NCBI RefSeq assembly: GCF_021869535.1
Contig: NW_026262626.1
Location: 35,216,001 to 35,280,000 of the forward strand
Direction of reading: 5' to 3'
Origin: Mytilus californianus
Taxonomy: Eukaryota
DNA length: 64,000 nucleotides
Both the position numbers and the translations under genes were made by a program. Positions within the stretch are counted from its first letter, which is position 1, and every line of letters starts with the position of its first letter. The notes beneath the pieces were generated by a model, which saw nothing but the letters and a program-made list of their open reading frames with translations, ran no database searches and had not been told where the DNA came from. Shown here in pieces: positions 38,721 through 49,142 of this stretch.

Positions 38721-41700
38721 ATTGATTAATAAATGGAATTACTGGAAATAACAATATAATAAAAATTTTTTTAAAGAATTTCATAGAAAGCCAACATAGT
38801 TCCATAACACATCACCGTATCGTTTTTTTTTTTCTCTATTTACAGTCCAATCATTACTGGTAAGTTATTGTGGAACGGAAAATAAAAGTAAATTGTCGTC
38901 GTGCAATTGATTCTGAATGATAAATGTCAAATATAATGAAGATGGTATATTGCGGAATATAAATGAAGTTTCGATATTATGTTGATAAAATGTCATAAGT
39001 TATTTATGACATTTTATCAACATAATATCGAAACTGTCCTAAGATAGGTCCTAAGGATTTCTTAGGACAGAGATTTGGATAAAGTTAGGACTGACTGACA
39101 GAAAGGGTTAGCATGCACATCGAAGCTATCTTATGATTATATAAGCTGGGATGTCCTAACCGCTGTATTAAGTATTGGCGTATAATGAATGGCCTTATAG
39201 TAAATGGTAAATTTAAATGAACGAAAATGAAAATATTGTATCAAACCAAGCCATACATTTGTAATTCTAAATAAGAAAAAACTATTAGTTTTAAATTAAA
39301 GGTAATAAATAATTGGTATATAATAATTGTACATTATAATTGTATGAAACAAAAAATAATACAAAAATTATAACTTCGTTTTATATAAGCTTATCGAAAA
39401 TAGTTATAGCTAAATGTGTAATCATTAAAAACAAGTGAGGTTGAATTCGAAGTGTCACGGTTTCATACTTCAAAGTTAAAAGACAAAATACGGAGTACTT
39501 CAACTATTGTGCGTTTGTTGATTTTGAAATAAAGCTGTTGACTTTGTACTTAGAAACTCTTTATATTTCAAACTTCTACAAAACCCATGAACCGGATTTT
39601 TTTTTTTTTAGAGTTGTAAAGATATGTATCAGATACGAAATCTTGCATAGTTTATAATAATGAAAAGTCTGCCTTACTTTTTGTATTTGATATAGGAGCA
39701 AGTCAAGGGGGAATCTCTAATCTATCTCGTTTTCTTTATTCTTGATTGACTTGCAAGACTTTCTAGAAACTACAAAATCTAAAGGGCTAGAAACTGTATT
39801 AAAGAGATACAGAAAATGAATAATGGTTTATTTTGCTGTTTGCTGATGATACAATGTTTATGTCAGAAACTTGCAGGATTTACAGATGATGCTAAACTTT
39901 TTTTTTAAATTAAACAATGGAAACTGGAAATAAATGGAAAAAAACGATATCTTGTTTTCATAGGTCGATTGTCAATGAATTTGAAATTTGATATTGATAA
40001 TCATAAAAATTGTGGCTGTAAATGAATATAAAGGGCTCAATTGTTGAAGGCCGTACGGTGACCTTTAGTTGTTTAAGGCCTTGCGGGTGCCCATAATTTC
40101 TTTCATTCTCTTTATAAGAACTTTATAGTCTTCTCATTGGCAATTAATCCTACCACATCTTCTTATATCTGATGTAGTTTGTTTTTTTAATTCGCAACGC
40201 TTGTTTGTAATTATCAGCGTGTGATTTATGCTTCATGCCAAGGAATTGCCTCTGTTGAAATTCTGCAAACACCCCATAGAGCAAATTACATGGATGATTA
40301 ATATTGACCATTTGGTATATGGCCGTGTTCTAAGCGACACGTACATGAAGGTCATAAATTAATTTGTTGAATGAAATCAAATCTTTTTTTATCTACTAAT
40401 GAGTGCCGTAGGAGGTCGACCGGAATTTTTAGCGAGGATTTCATGGCATGTAACAGATAGAAAACTCAGGGTTAGAATTCATAGAACAGAAAAGGGGCAG
40501 TGGCAAATATTTCATGTATATTATGAACACAGAGAAGATTACCCCGGCACCCTTTGCCAAAAAAAAACCCTTCTTTTTCTTATTTGTGCCTTCGGACTTT
40601 ATGTTTTGAATTGTAGTTTCACTTTCCATATTCGGTATTTATTAAAATGTAAGCTCCACGCGGTAAAAATCATGTGATGCAGGAATATAGTATCTTGGAG
40701 TTCAGCTATTTCTTTCTTTTCGGGCGGGGACTCCAAGCAAACAACATGCATGTGTATAACGGCACTGCAGATTTTCGTATTAAATAAAGAAATTTGCCGG
40801 TCCGGTACATGAATAGATTGGTTAGAGGGTTTTAATTTTAATTAGATTGGAAAGATTAATTCGAGGGTTGAAAATAGAGAGCACAAAAAAAGAGGGGGGG
40901 GGGGAGGTGTTCCACAGGGAATATTTATATCTTATGAACTCTACATTTGAAAGGTTTGTTATTTTTTTTTTTATTTAAAAATTTAAAAATTGCCTCCGTT
41001 GAAATTCTGCAAACACCCCCATAGAGCAAATTACATGGATGATTAATATTGACCATTTGGTATATGGCCGTGTTCTAAGCGACACGTACATGAAGGTCAT
41101 AAATTAATTTGTTGAATGAAAAATCTTTTTTTAGCTACTAATGAGTGCCGTAGGAGGTCGACCAGATTTTTTAGCGAGGATTTCTTGGCATGTTGTAATC
41201 TCATTGTGTTTTTCCAAGTGTAAATTTTGTAAAAGATGATCTGACATATACATTTCCATGTGCCCGTGTATTAGAGGGTCACAGCTCCATTTATGTTCCA
41301 CAATATACCCTTTTGTGCACATCTTTACTTTGCATTTTTAACTCGCAGAATGTGAGACATAGGTACAACAATCCTGCGGCGTTTATATAAAATGAAGATG
41401 TGATATGGTTGCCAATGAGACAACTCTCACAAGAAACCAAATGTCACATAAATTAAAAACATGACGGCCTTCAATAAGCTCATATTGATACCCAGCTATA
41501 CAAGACCCCGAAATGACAAATGTAAAACAATTCAAACGAGAAAAAAAAACAACCTGACGAAAAACAAATATGTATCACAGCAACAAACGACAACCACCGA
41601 ATTACAGGCCTCTGGTTTGGGACAAGCAAATACAGAATGTAGCGGGGTTAAATTCGTTTTTTTGGCGCCAAACCTTCCTAACATGGGACAGTGGTATGAC

Positions 41701-44700
41701 GGTACAATGAATCAGATGGATACAAATAGAAATACATCGAATAAAAACAGAGTATACGTGGACGGGTATTTGTACATCACAACATATTTGTACAGATCTG
41801 ATAGTACTCGCAGTTACTGACAGCTAGTTCAAAGCCTATAAAAACTATAAAAATAAACATGCATCTAAGAATAACTTTGTTTAAAACTTTTTAATTTAAT
41901 TTTGGATGTAACGCGTCTTCTGATTGGCTGACGTTGTTTTGTTTATCAGCTCATAGACATAATTTTGTCATGTGACCGTGACGTCATCAACGTTTTTTTA
42001 TGGTTTACTCCGGTTTAAAATGGAATTTAGAATAAAATTATAAGAAATGACTCATATTTTTTCTGTCTATTCGAAATAACATAAAAAATGTGGTGCACAC
42101 TTTAAAATAACCCGCTACGCGGGTTATTCAGTGTGCACCACATTTTTGATGTTATTTCTTCATAGACAGAAAAAATATTACAGTCATTCCTTAAATAATT
42201 CTGAAGCTAGCAGACCTGGATGCAGATACCTTGTTTAAGAAGTTTTCATATGTCATATTATCCTTCACCTCATTTTCATGGTTCAGTGAGTGTTGATAAA
42301 AAATACTGTTTCGGAGTGAAATACTCTCTTGTTTTGAGCAATAGGACAACCATATTTGGTAAAACCATGTGAACATGTCTGTCTGGAAGGTTTTATATGA
42401 CCTTGGCCCTTTTTTTTATGGTGGAACTGTTCTATGATAGTCTATATTTGGTATAAGGAATGATTTTAAGGTTTTCATGTCCGGCCAACAGAGTTCAAGT
42501 TACCTTGACCTAATTTGTATTGTTCATTGGAAAATGTCAAGTTGATGTGAATTGATACATATCAGCGTGTGCATCTTGTTATTTTTTGAAGGAAAATAAA
42601 TACTTTTCAACTATCGGGCATAGAAAAGTTCAGTCTTGCTACCCCAAAACAGCCCCAAAAAACATTAATTTTGAAAAATTTACTAAAGATTTTATTTTAT
42701 GTTCTTATATTTTCTTATTAGTATTATATTCACTTTGTGTTATAGATCAAATTTATTTGTTCAATAGACTGGCTGACCAGGAAGAAGGATTGGAAATTTG
42801 AACCTCCACTGAAGAATTATGTGATCAATAGAGGCTGAAAATTTGACTTGAAGAAGGCAATAGTGCTATAGACTCCTCATAGAAATGCTATAAAGAAGTG
42901 CTGATAATATGGGCCAAATTGTCCTAATATAAGATACATTATACATCTTGCACAGCGAACGACTTCTTTTATATATAACAGAAATAATTGGAACATTTTG
43001 CAGTATACGTTGGAGTGATCCATATCAAGACGATTTGCATTAATTGTATAATTTCTGGATTTATTCATACGCATTCTGTAGCAAGAGAAATTTATCTATA
43101 CATGCGTTCATTGAACTAGCACACAATTTTATTTAGGGGCCAGCTGAGGACCACCTCCGAGTGCGGGATTTTCTCGCTGCATTGAAGACCCATTGGTGGC
43201 CTTCGGCTGTTTTCTGCTCTTTGGTCAGATTGTTGTCTCTTTGACATATTCCCCTTTTCCATTCTCAATTTTATTTCCAATTTAAAAGAATATTTTTTTT
43301 ATAAAAACATAGTGGGAAATAACCAAGTTCTGTAAATACAGGAAAGTTGGCGGTATTTTTAGTCACATTAGTTTTTGTATGAAAATTGTCATATGGTCTG
43401 CACATTACTAGGTTGTCTCATTGGCAATCATACCACATCTTCTTTTTTGCATTTCCTATAAACATTTAAAAATCTACCTTTTACAATAACTAATCTGATA
43501 CAAATGTATTACAACTTTTTACCATGCATTCAAAAAATATTTTAATGGTTTATTTCATACATGTACATAATGAATAATCATTTGCATTCCAACATACTTC
43601 TTTTCAAGGTATTTTGTGACTTTTCCGTTTATACTATTTTTATGTCACCTAAAAATTTTTTTCAAAACTTTACATGCAGTTTTTCGCTTATTAGATGTGA
43701 ATATAAATTGTATGGTGATACTGAGTATCTTGCTGTATTTGCATTAACAGTGACCAGATTTCTCTACCACAAAAGGTCAGATACCAGGCATTACTATCTC
43801 TGTCATAAGTTAGGCCTTTGCAGTGGACGATAACAGAATAATATCACCGGCTTATATTAAGCAATTCATTCTTATAGAAGTTTTAAAATAAATTAAACAT
43901 AAAAAATCGAGGAATCACATTTAAATCTCAAAATAAACACACACAAAAAATTGAATCCATTTATGACATTAAACAAGTAGATAGTTACGGTTTCTAGGGG
44001 AAAAAATCTTTTAATTATCTTGTATTAGGTTTAACCAAGTATCATAACCATAAAATACTGGATGTTTTATTTTTTCATTAATCGAAGAAAAAAACCCAGA
44101 AAAAACCCACATTACAGCCAATAAACTAAAACAATTAATACTTCTATCTATTTGACAAAACAAAAACTATATAGAAAAAAAAGAAATAATAATTCAGAAA
44201 ACACAATCATCAATCATAGGCCGAAGTAATGGTCCGAATTTGGTATAGGCCGAGTTAACCAGTAGCGTCATAATCGACCCAAAAATACAAATACAAAATG
44301 GAGTTGTCTCCCTTTCAGGTTCGGGCGACCAATTTTTGGTAATTTCCACGATAAAAAGTTTTTGGCAAAGTTGTAAGAACAATTTTAAGTCAAATATGAA
44401 AGATTATTACATTTGGGACATAAAATAAGAAAGCGAATTTAATCACTTAGGCAGATTAAGGTTTGGTTTTAGAAAAACTTTTAGGTTCGGGTTACCACTT
44501 TTACCGAGGTGGAAATTAATAAACCTTAAATTTATCATTGTTAGTGATGTTTGGAAAAAAACCTTTTCATACATGAGATAAAATTTAATTATACATCAAA
44601 TATATAAACGTTTGTAGAAAAAAACGAAACATAAAGGGCATAATATATGTAAAATAAATTTCCGGTTCGGCAAATTTCCGGCAAATTCCGGTTCGGGTTC

Positions 44701-45235
44701 GGGTTCGGGTTACCACTTTTACCGAGTACCTTAAGAACTAAGAATTTAAGTTGAAATATATGACAAGGTTGCTGATAATGCATCACAAGTATCTGAAATG
44801 AATTATTTGATGCAATTAAAACTAAACATAAATGATATTCATCAGATCTATTTATCTCTTCATGACATAGTGTAAGAATGATAGCTATAGGTATATTTTG
44901 GGTAAAAAAATATATGATAGAGAATGTATTTTTGTTTATATTCAAAAATATATAAAAAGTGTGGGGTACTCAAAATTATGTCTCTGCGGATCATCTCTCT
45001 ACCACAAAAACGCCAAATTGCACCTTAGTGCTAATGGTGTGTCAAAATTTGACTTTCAAAGAACAAACAATTTCTTATTACCAAATTATACCATGCAGTA
45101 TAATTTGATACATGACACATGTGTTTCACTTCCCTATCTGACATCAGAACTGTTTAGATCCATTTTAAATGACATCTCACCTTGATACAATAAGTTTACG
45201 TTTTGTCCTCTGACACTGACCCTTCCTAATTCCAT
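15433..45235 (-). CDS. WDCP: WD repeat and coiled-coil containing protein (WDCP/C2orf44/MMAP ortholog), complete, 15 coding exons, 2217 nt, 738 aa
   Basis: Spliced ORF starts MELGRVSVRGQNVNLLYQAIHRQHGLVW (human [28 protein letters not shown] as recalled) and contains PIPQGCLWNP, CGTWTEDG, AAELPLESLC, GILTPELL, ERPKGI, a coiled coil and DNGRLQ...IDGYIPIRF. All 14 introns are GT-AG and phases close exactly. Confidence 0.93.
15620..15945 (+). mobile_element. tRNA-derived SINE (Meta-domain-like) in the last WDCP intron
   Basis: A-box-like TAGTCTTGTGG, B-box-like GGTTGGAACCC, then TGGTATTTGCTGCTTCTCCACTAAGCAC..GGAGTAAGAGTAAAGACTGGTT resembling the MetaSINE core as recalled. Confidence 0.65.
16253..16384 (-). 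CDS. WDCP: WDCP coding exon 14
   Basis: LIQIHCKCPGVETKKKSFLLDNGRLQYEIVKTAFELTTLEIFI; ttttcag / gtaagt. Confidence 0.9.
16819..16871 (-). CDS. WDCP: WDCP coding exon 13
   Basis: LIKESTIITKYQPQSQP; phases fit both neighbours. Confidence 0.85.
17066..17330. repeat. Degenerate ~79-bp tandem repeat
   Basis: ACTGTCTTAAATGGT..CAGTTATCTTAGGATATCTTAT..TGTAGAACAACATTT occurs twice, followed by decayed copies. Confidence 0.7.
17417..17463 (-). CDS. WDCP: WDCP coding exon 12 (coiled coil)
   Basis: NHRIEELKMKVAHLT; tttcag / gtaagt. Confidence 0.88.
17778..18403 (-). CDS. WDCP: WDCP coding exon 11 (acidic, probably disordered linker)
   Basis: Lies within ORF 17739-18431; acceptor ttttgatag, donor gtaagt. 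Confidence 0.9.
19583..19757 (-). CDS. WDCP: WDCP coding exon 10
   Basis: TLDKQERPKGISQ...LLAVGRR. Confidence 0.9.
20518..20625 (-). CDS. WDCP: WDCP coding exon 9
   Basis: PHIKSVVVGSNTQNLLQVF. Confidence 0.9.
20731..20945. mobile_element. TA-flanked MITE with a 24-nt poly-C tract (20910-20933)
   Basis: TA|GAGAGGGTGGTAAAGGG ... CCCTTTACACCCCTC|TA imperfect TIRs. Confidence 0.65.
21427..21680 (-). CDS. WDCP: WDCP coding exon 8
   Basis: ...STTQLVTVSL...GIKGILTPELLVYI. Confidence 0.9.
22107..22312. mobile_element. TA-flanked MITE (Tc1/mariner-type signature)
   Basis: Perfect 22-bp TIRs CTGTAAATTCAGAAATTATTGC; TA at 22105-22106 and 22313-22314. Confidence 0.85.
22436..23627 (+). mobile_element. 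HINE-like element interrupted by a TTAA MITE; related copies at 49361-50088 and about 52355-52560
   Basis: Repeated TTTTAGCCATGT..GTTGGTTGG cores, (GAC)n/GGAC microsatellite, 3' hairpin AGCTCGCTTGGCCTTTTAGGCCAGGTGAGCT followed by AAAA. Left boundary approximate. Confidence 0.7.
22962..23547. mobile_element. TTAA-flanked MITE, Kolobok-like
   Basis: TIR AGGGGTACTAGCT vs AGCTAGTGCCCCT (12/13); TTAA at 22958-22961 and 23548-23551; purine-purine terminus. Confidence 0.8.
24189..24324. repeat. Imperfect palindrome (small foldback element)
   Basis: AATTGTGGCCC..GGGCCATAATT outer pair, GTTATTTCCC..GGGAAATAAC inner pair. Confidence 0.7.
24974..25086 (-). CDS. WDCP: WDCP coding exon 7
   Basis: LDGCVTSIVSLSDSIVLCAAELPLESLCKVKDTFVIP. 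Confidence 0.92.
25320..25852. repeat. Longest copy of the unclassified interspersed repeat family
   Basis: Highly similar to 6598-6845 and to the reverse complement of 43111-43273. Confidence 0.8.
26396..26463 (-). CDS. WDCP: WDCP coding exon 6
   Basis: LYSWPDIDETISNYKSAVWRIP. Confidence 0.9.
27352..27424 (-). CDS. WDCP: WDCP coding exon 5
   Basis: EKIRCGTWTEDGNKLVLCIGACLL. Confidence 0.92.
28475..28589 (-). CDS. WDCP: WDCP coding exon 4
   Basis: GCLWNPDRDILCVLAKQQCSF. Confidence 0.92.
29390..29553 (-). CDS. WDCP: WDCP coding exon 3
   Basis: HDVHSVHWS...HVSLWKV...QPIPQ; donor gttagt. Confidence 0.92.
29668..30344 (+). mobile_element. HINE-like element with ~191-bp cores
   Basis: AAGCTTCT..CCAAGTTTG at 29791, 29982, 30174; (GCC)/(GAC) tract; 3' hairpin GCGACAAAAGTTGCAGGCTCGACAAAA. 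Confidence 0.8.
31691..31808 (-). CDS. WDCP: WDCP coding exon 2
   Basis: IHRQHGLVWSIGKTIQLENI. Confidence 0.92.
32311..33383 (+). mobile_element. HINE/pearl-like element with four 147-bp cores
   Basis: Starts AACAAGAGTGCACACG, GACCTATTG at 32504/32651/32798/32945, ends GCTCGACAAAAA; inverted near-twin of 8520-9762. Confidence 0.9.
37500..38000 (-). mobile_element. Decayed LINE (L2/CR1-group) ORF2 C-terminal fragment
   Basis: Broken translation PKLEHSCSV*DP..VQ..AA..ICNRY...SSVTKML...SLAERKLHTRLVMMCKI...YIHSYFPYTIPQWNQLP, typical of the post-RT tail of this group. Confidence 0.75.
38664..38721. repeat. (AATA)n microsatellite, about 14 copies
   Basis: Read directly. Confidence 0.95.
38967..39035. 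repeat. Perfect palindrome: 32-bp arms, 5-nt loop
   Basis: AGTTTCGATATTATGTTGATAAAATGTCATAA-GTTAT-TTATGACATTTTATCAACATAATATCGAAACT. Confidence 0.95.
39617..40010 (+). mobile_element. Decayed LINE reverse-transcriptase core fragment
   Basis: Broken frames give TKSCIVYNNEKS..DIGASQG..FSLFLIDL and LLFADDTMFMSET (RT motifs including the YADD-type FADD). Confidence 0.7.
42054..42178. repeat. Long imperfect hairpin inside a TTAA-ending element (about 41880-42193)
   Basis: About 60-bp arms centred on AATAACCCGC-TAC-GCGGGTTATT. Confidence 0.8.
45181..45235 (-). CDS. WDCP: WDCP coding exon 1
   Basis: MELGRVSVRGQNVNLLYQ + G, donor gtgaga; phase 1 joins exon 2 to give Ala. Confidence 0.9.
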
Positions 45236-45559
45236 GATTTTTAACCATTAGTTCTAATACATTTCTCTTAGACTCTGTTACGGCGAAGATACAAAATGTG
45301 TTTTGGATAAATAGGCTGTTTGCATCTCCAACAGTGAAGACTTTTATGTTGATTTTGGTGGGAAATTTAAATCAGTAAGGGGAGTTAATTCATGACACCT
45401 GGGACTATTATATATTATATCCCAGATGACATATAATTAATTTTTACATAATTAACTATATCTCTTTTGTTTCTAAATTTCAAAGTGTACAAAAAATAAA
45501 ATACTTATAGGGCCTAGTGCTTTGTTCATGCAAGGATTTGTATTACTATTTGAATATAA

Positions 45560-47187
45560 TGGAAATGTCAATCAATATTGATACTTAGGTATAATGCTTT
45601 TAAAAATGTAATGGTAGCTTTATAAATTCAGCCATTTCCGTGTTGATGGAAAAAGCTAGAAAAGTTTATTTTAAAATAAAAAAAAACAGTTGGGTTAAAC
45701 AACCTATGTAAACTATTAGATAAACTTTTTGACTCGGTTATATCAGCAATATTGTTATACTGTTGTGAAGTGTGGGGTATAGAGAGTGCTTTAAAAAATC
45801 TTGACTCTGAAACATTATAATGAAAGAGGGTCTGGATGGGGTTTACAGAATAGAGAATAATGGGCAAAAAGTACAGAATAAATGGCAAAAAATATAAAGA
45901 ATAGAGAAAAATAGGCCAAAAAAATAAAGAATAGAGAATAATGGGCAAAATTTATAAAGAATAGAGAAAATGGCTTGAAAAATTAAAGACTACAGAATTA
46001 AAGGACCACCCCCCAAAATTGAAACCCTCATGAAACACCATATCAAATGTATTAAAGAAATCCTATGAGTTAATTGTAAAGCTTCTAATGTTGCAAGTAG
46101 AGCTGAATTAGCTAGATTTCCCATATGAACTAAAATTTTTATGTCCTCTATTAAATATTTGGACCATTTAGTTAAATCTGATCAAACATTAGGTCACGAT
46201 TTATATAAAGCCACTTGGAAAACCAATCCTTGGGCAATTAATATTGTGACATGTCTCCAAAAACTTGGGTTCACCTTTTTGGCCCAATGATTAGATAAAA
46301 ATATTAAACCATTTTTTAATCAATTAAATCAGCGCATTTTAGATCAAAAACCTACAAGATCATTTTTCCAACGAATGAAAAATTCGATTTTTTCCGTAAT
46401 ATTTCAAAGGTAGGAGAACATAGTGGTTGACGTTTGTTGCTGTATATCATATTTGTTTTTCGTTCATTATTTTGTACATAAATCAGTCTGTTAATTTTCT
46501 CTTTTGAATAGTTTTACAATTGTCAATTCAGGGCCTCTAATAGCTGACTATGCGATATGGGCTTTGCTCATTGTTGAAGGCTGTACAGTGACCTATAGTT
46601 GTTAATTTCTGTGTCATTTGGTCTTTTGTGGAGAGTTGTCTCATTGGCAATCATGCCACATTTTCTTATTTTTATATATACACCGTATGTTGATCAACTT
46701 ACTTTCAAGTCTGATCGTTATAGCTAAAATGAGATTAAGTGCTCATTCCCTTGAAATAGAAAGAGGGAGAAACATGTACAACAGAATGGTAAGAAATGAA
46801 AGATTTTGTAAAGTGTGTACACACAACAAAATTGAAGATGAAAATCACTTGTTTGGCACTGCCTTAAATATTAAAAGGAAAGAGAAATCCTTGACAAAAT
46901 TGTCTAAATTTTACACAAATTTTAGAAATATAAATAATGCAAGCATACTGTCAAAACTATTGTTAAATAGTGGGTCACATTTCTGAATTGTTGAAAGTTA
47001 GAAATAATGTTTTACAAAACCATTAATAATATTAAATATCAATCTCCTGTTCAGAAAGTATTGATTTATATAATTTAGTTGTTGTAATTTTGTATTTTGT
47101 ATTTAATGTGTTTCTATGCAATGTACTACTTTGAGCCTTTACCAATTGCTATACATGTAATTGCATTTGTGCTAATAAAATATTGTA
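45560..47187 (+). mobile_element. Decayed LINE ORF2 3' fragment (similar to 125-1275), interrupted by two later insertions
   Basis: KARK..FKIKKTVGLNN..KLFDSVISAILLYCCEVWG; KASNVASRAELARFP; KMRLSAHSLEIERGR..FCKVC..IEDENH; AATAAA at 47174. Insertions near 45822-46030 and 46410-46680. Confidence 0.8.
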
Positions 47188-49060
47188 TACATTGTCATTA
47201 TATATATACCTTTATATGTTTCTGATGCAGCACAAATTTAGCTCAATGCCATAGATGTACTTAATACTTTCAAGGATTAAGGATCATAACTGTATCTATC
47301 CAAAGTTTGGTAACAATTAGAATTCACATTATTTTTTAATCAAATCATTTTGAGCCAGATAATATTATATTAAGGGGAAAAAAACAAAAATGTATACACT
47401 AAGATGCCTTGCATGCTAACTGATCATGATTGAATCTTATGTTGAAAGTCTTTTAACATCAAGATTTTACTATAGATATTGCATAAACTTAACATTTATA
47501 GTTGACTTATTTCTTGCAATATCTGAGAAAAATGCATTTCCACAAAAACTTAATGTTGACCAATGAACCATTAAAATGAGGTCAAGGTAAGATGAAACCT
47601 GTCTTATGGAAATATAAACATTAAACGACTTGTGACGTTACTTAACAGAAACAATATTCGATAAACAATGTGATGTTTTGTGCTTTTTATTCTTAAATTA
47701 TATTTTCTGAACCATGCACTTTTTATTTTATCAAAATATACAGAGATTAATTGTGGAAGTATGATTTCAAAGGCTGAAATTCTAAATAATGTTGCATTTC
47801 ACAACCAGCTTTTTACAGTTACAATTATTCATGAAACTAACTAGTTAATGAATTGACTTTCAAATTTTTCTTTCTGGTTTAAAAGACTTATTGTTCATGG
47901 TTATAATAACAATGTTGATCAATCATTTCGTCTTGTATTTGAAGTTTGAAGCAACCCCTTTAAATGTTTCTTTAATTTTTTTCTGCTTTGTAATTCTGTA
48001 CAATTTGTACTTGGCATTGCACAAGATAGGGTGTTCCTGTAAGGTCTATGATGCTGCTGTATGAAATCGTCCATGAAGTAAAGCAATATATGAGTGCAGG
48101 ACAGCATCGTTCCCAATAAACTGACAATCACAAATCAATACATGTAAACTAAGCAAAAGTTTCAAAGTCAACAGACTATGTCTGTGTAGGTGCAGCTAAA
48201 GAATCTCCATGGAAATCTGTTTGTGTCAATGCTAAGAAAACTTCATACCAAATATCATGGGGCTACCACTAGTGGTTCCTTATAAACTGACCTAATCACA
48301 AACGCGTCTGGCGTATTAAATAATAAGCCTGGTACCTTTGATAACTAATCACAAACTAATACATTGTTGACAGTCACCTGACACCTCTGCCGCCCGGAAC
48401 AGTACAGTGAAGTCTTGCTTTTTTTCAACTTCGTTGAAGCGAGACAAAAATAGTCAATAGTTGAGTGGTTTTAGTTAGAGGTTATGATGAAGATACAGCC
48501 AGATATATATAAAATTGTTTGTTTGTCCACTTCACTTATGCTGTATGGGTTTTGCTCATTGTTGAGGGCCATACAGTGATCTATAGTTGCTAACTTCTAC
48601 ATAGATTGGTCTCTTTGTGCTAAGTTGTCTCATTAGAAATCATATCACATCTTCTTATTTTCAAATTATTTTAATTTTGGATGGTTCAATCACAGATTTT
48701 TGCAGTTAAGTTGAATGATACAATCTATGACATTGTTAAAATATTAATTAATACAACTCATTTCATGGCATTAACATGGCATTCAAAAGTTCTCACATCA
48801 ATTAATTTGCATGATATATATAAAATGATTATTGTTGTTTTGATGAAAGTTGTTCCACACAAATTTTGTATGAGTCTTTTGATACATATGTATTTCGTAT
48901 CAACTTCTTTTTGTTTATAAGAACAATGTTTGGATGTTCAATTTTCTCCTCATACAAAGCTTTTATTTTCTTTTTGGATTGCCACTTTTGAATTTCATAC
49001 CAACTCCTTTTGGTTTAATAGAATGATTTTTGGAATATATAAAATCTAGGTTGCATCAAA

Positions 49061-49142
49061 TCATGTCTGAAACTGCAACATTCCAACATCTACAAGTTTC
49101 TTTATTTCCTTTTTCTTCTCACTGTCAGCATCTGATAACATC
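49061..49142 (-). CDS. STI1-domain gene exon 6 (last)
   Basis: MLSDADSEKKKEIKKLVDVGMLQFQT*. Confidence 0.88.

Larger units (their letters stand above)
38053..44730. mobile_element. 6.7-kb non-autonomous long-TIR DNA transposon with 8-bp TSD (Merlin-like termini)
   Basis: TTAAGAAC at 38045-38052 and 44731-44738; 68-bp perfect IR (38058-38125 vs 44658-44725), 71/73 including termini; mirrored subterminal motifs near 38277/44484 and 38460/44310. Confidence 0.85.

Noticed and set aside
47919-48280. Exon-like minus-strand peptide FIGNDAVLHSYIALLHGRFHTAAS*TLQEHPILCNAKYKLY
   Set aside because: Internal stop, no partner exons, no family recognised.
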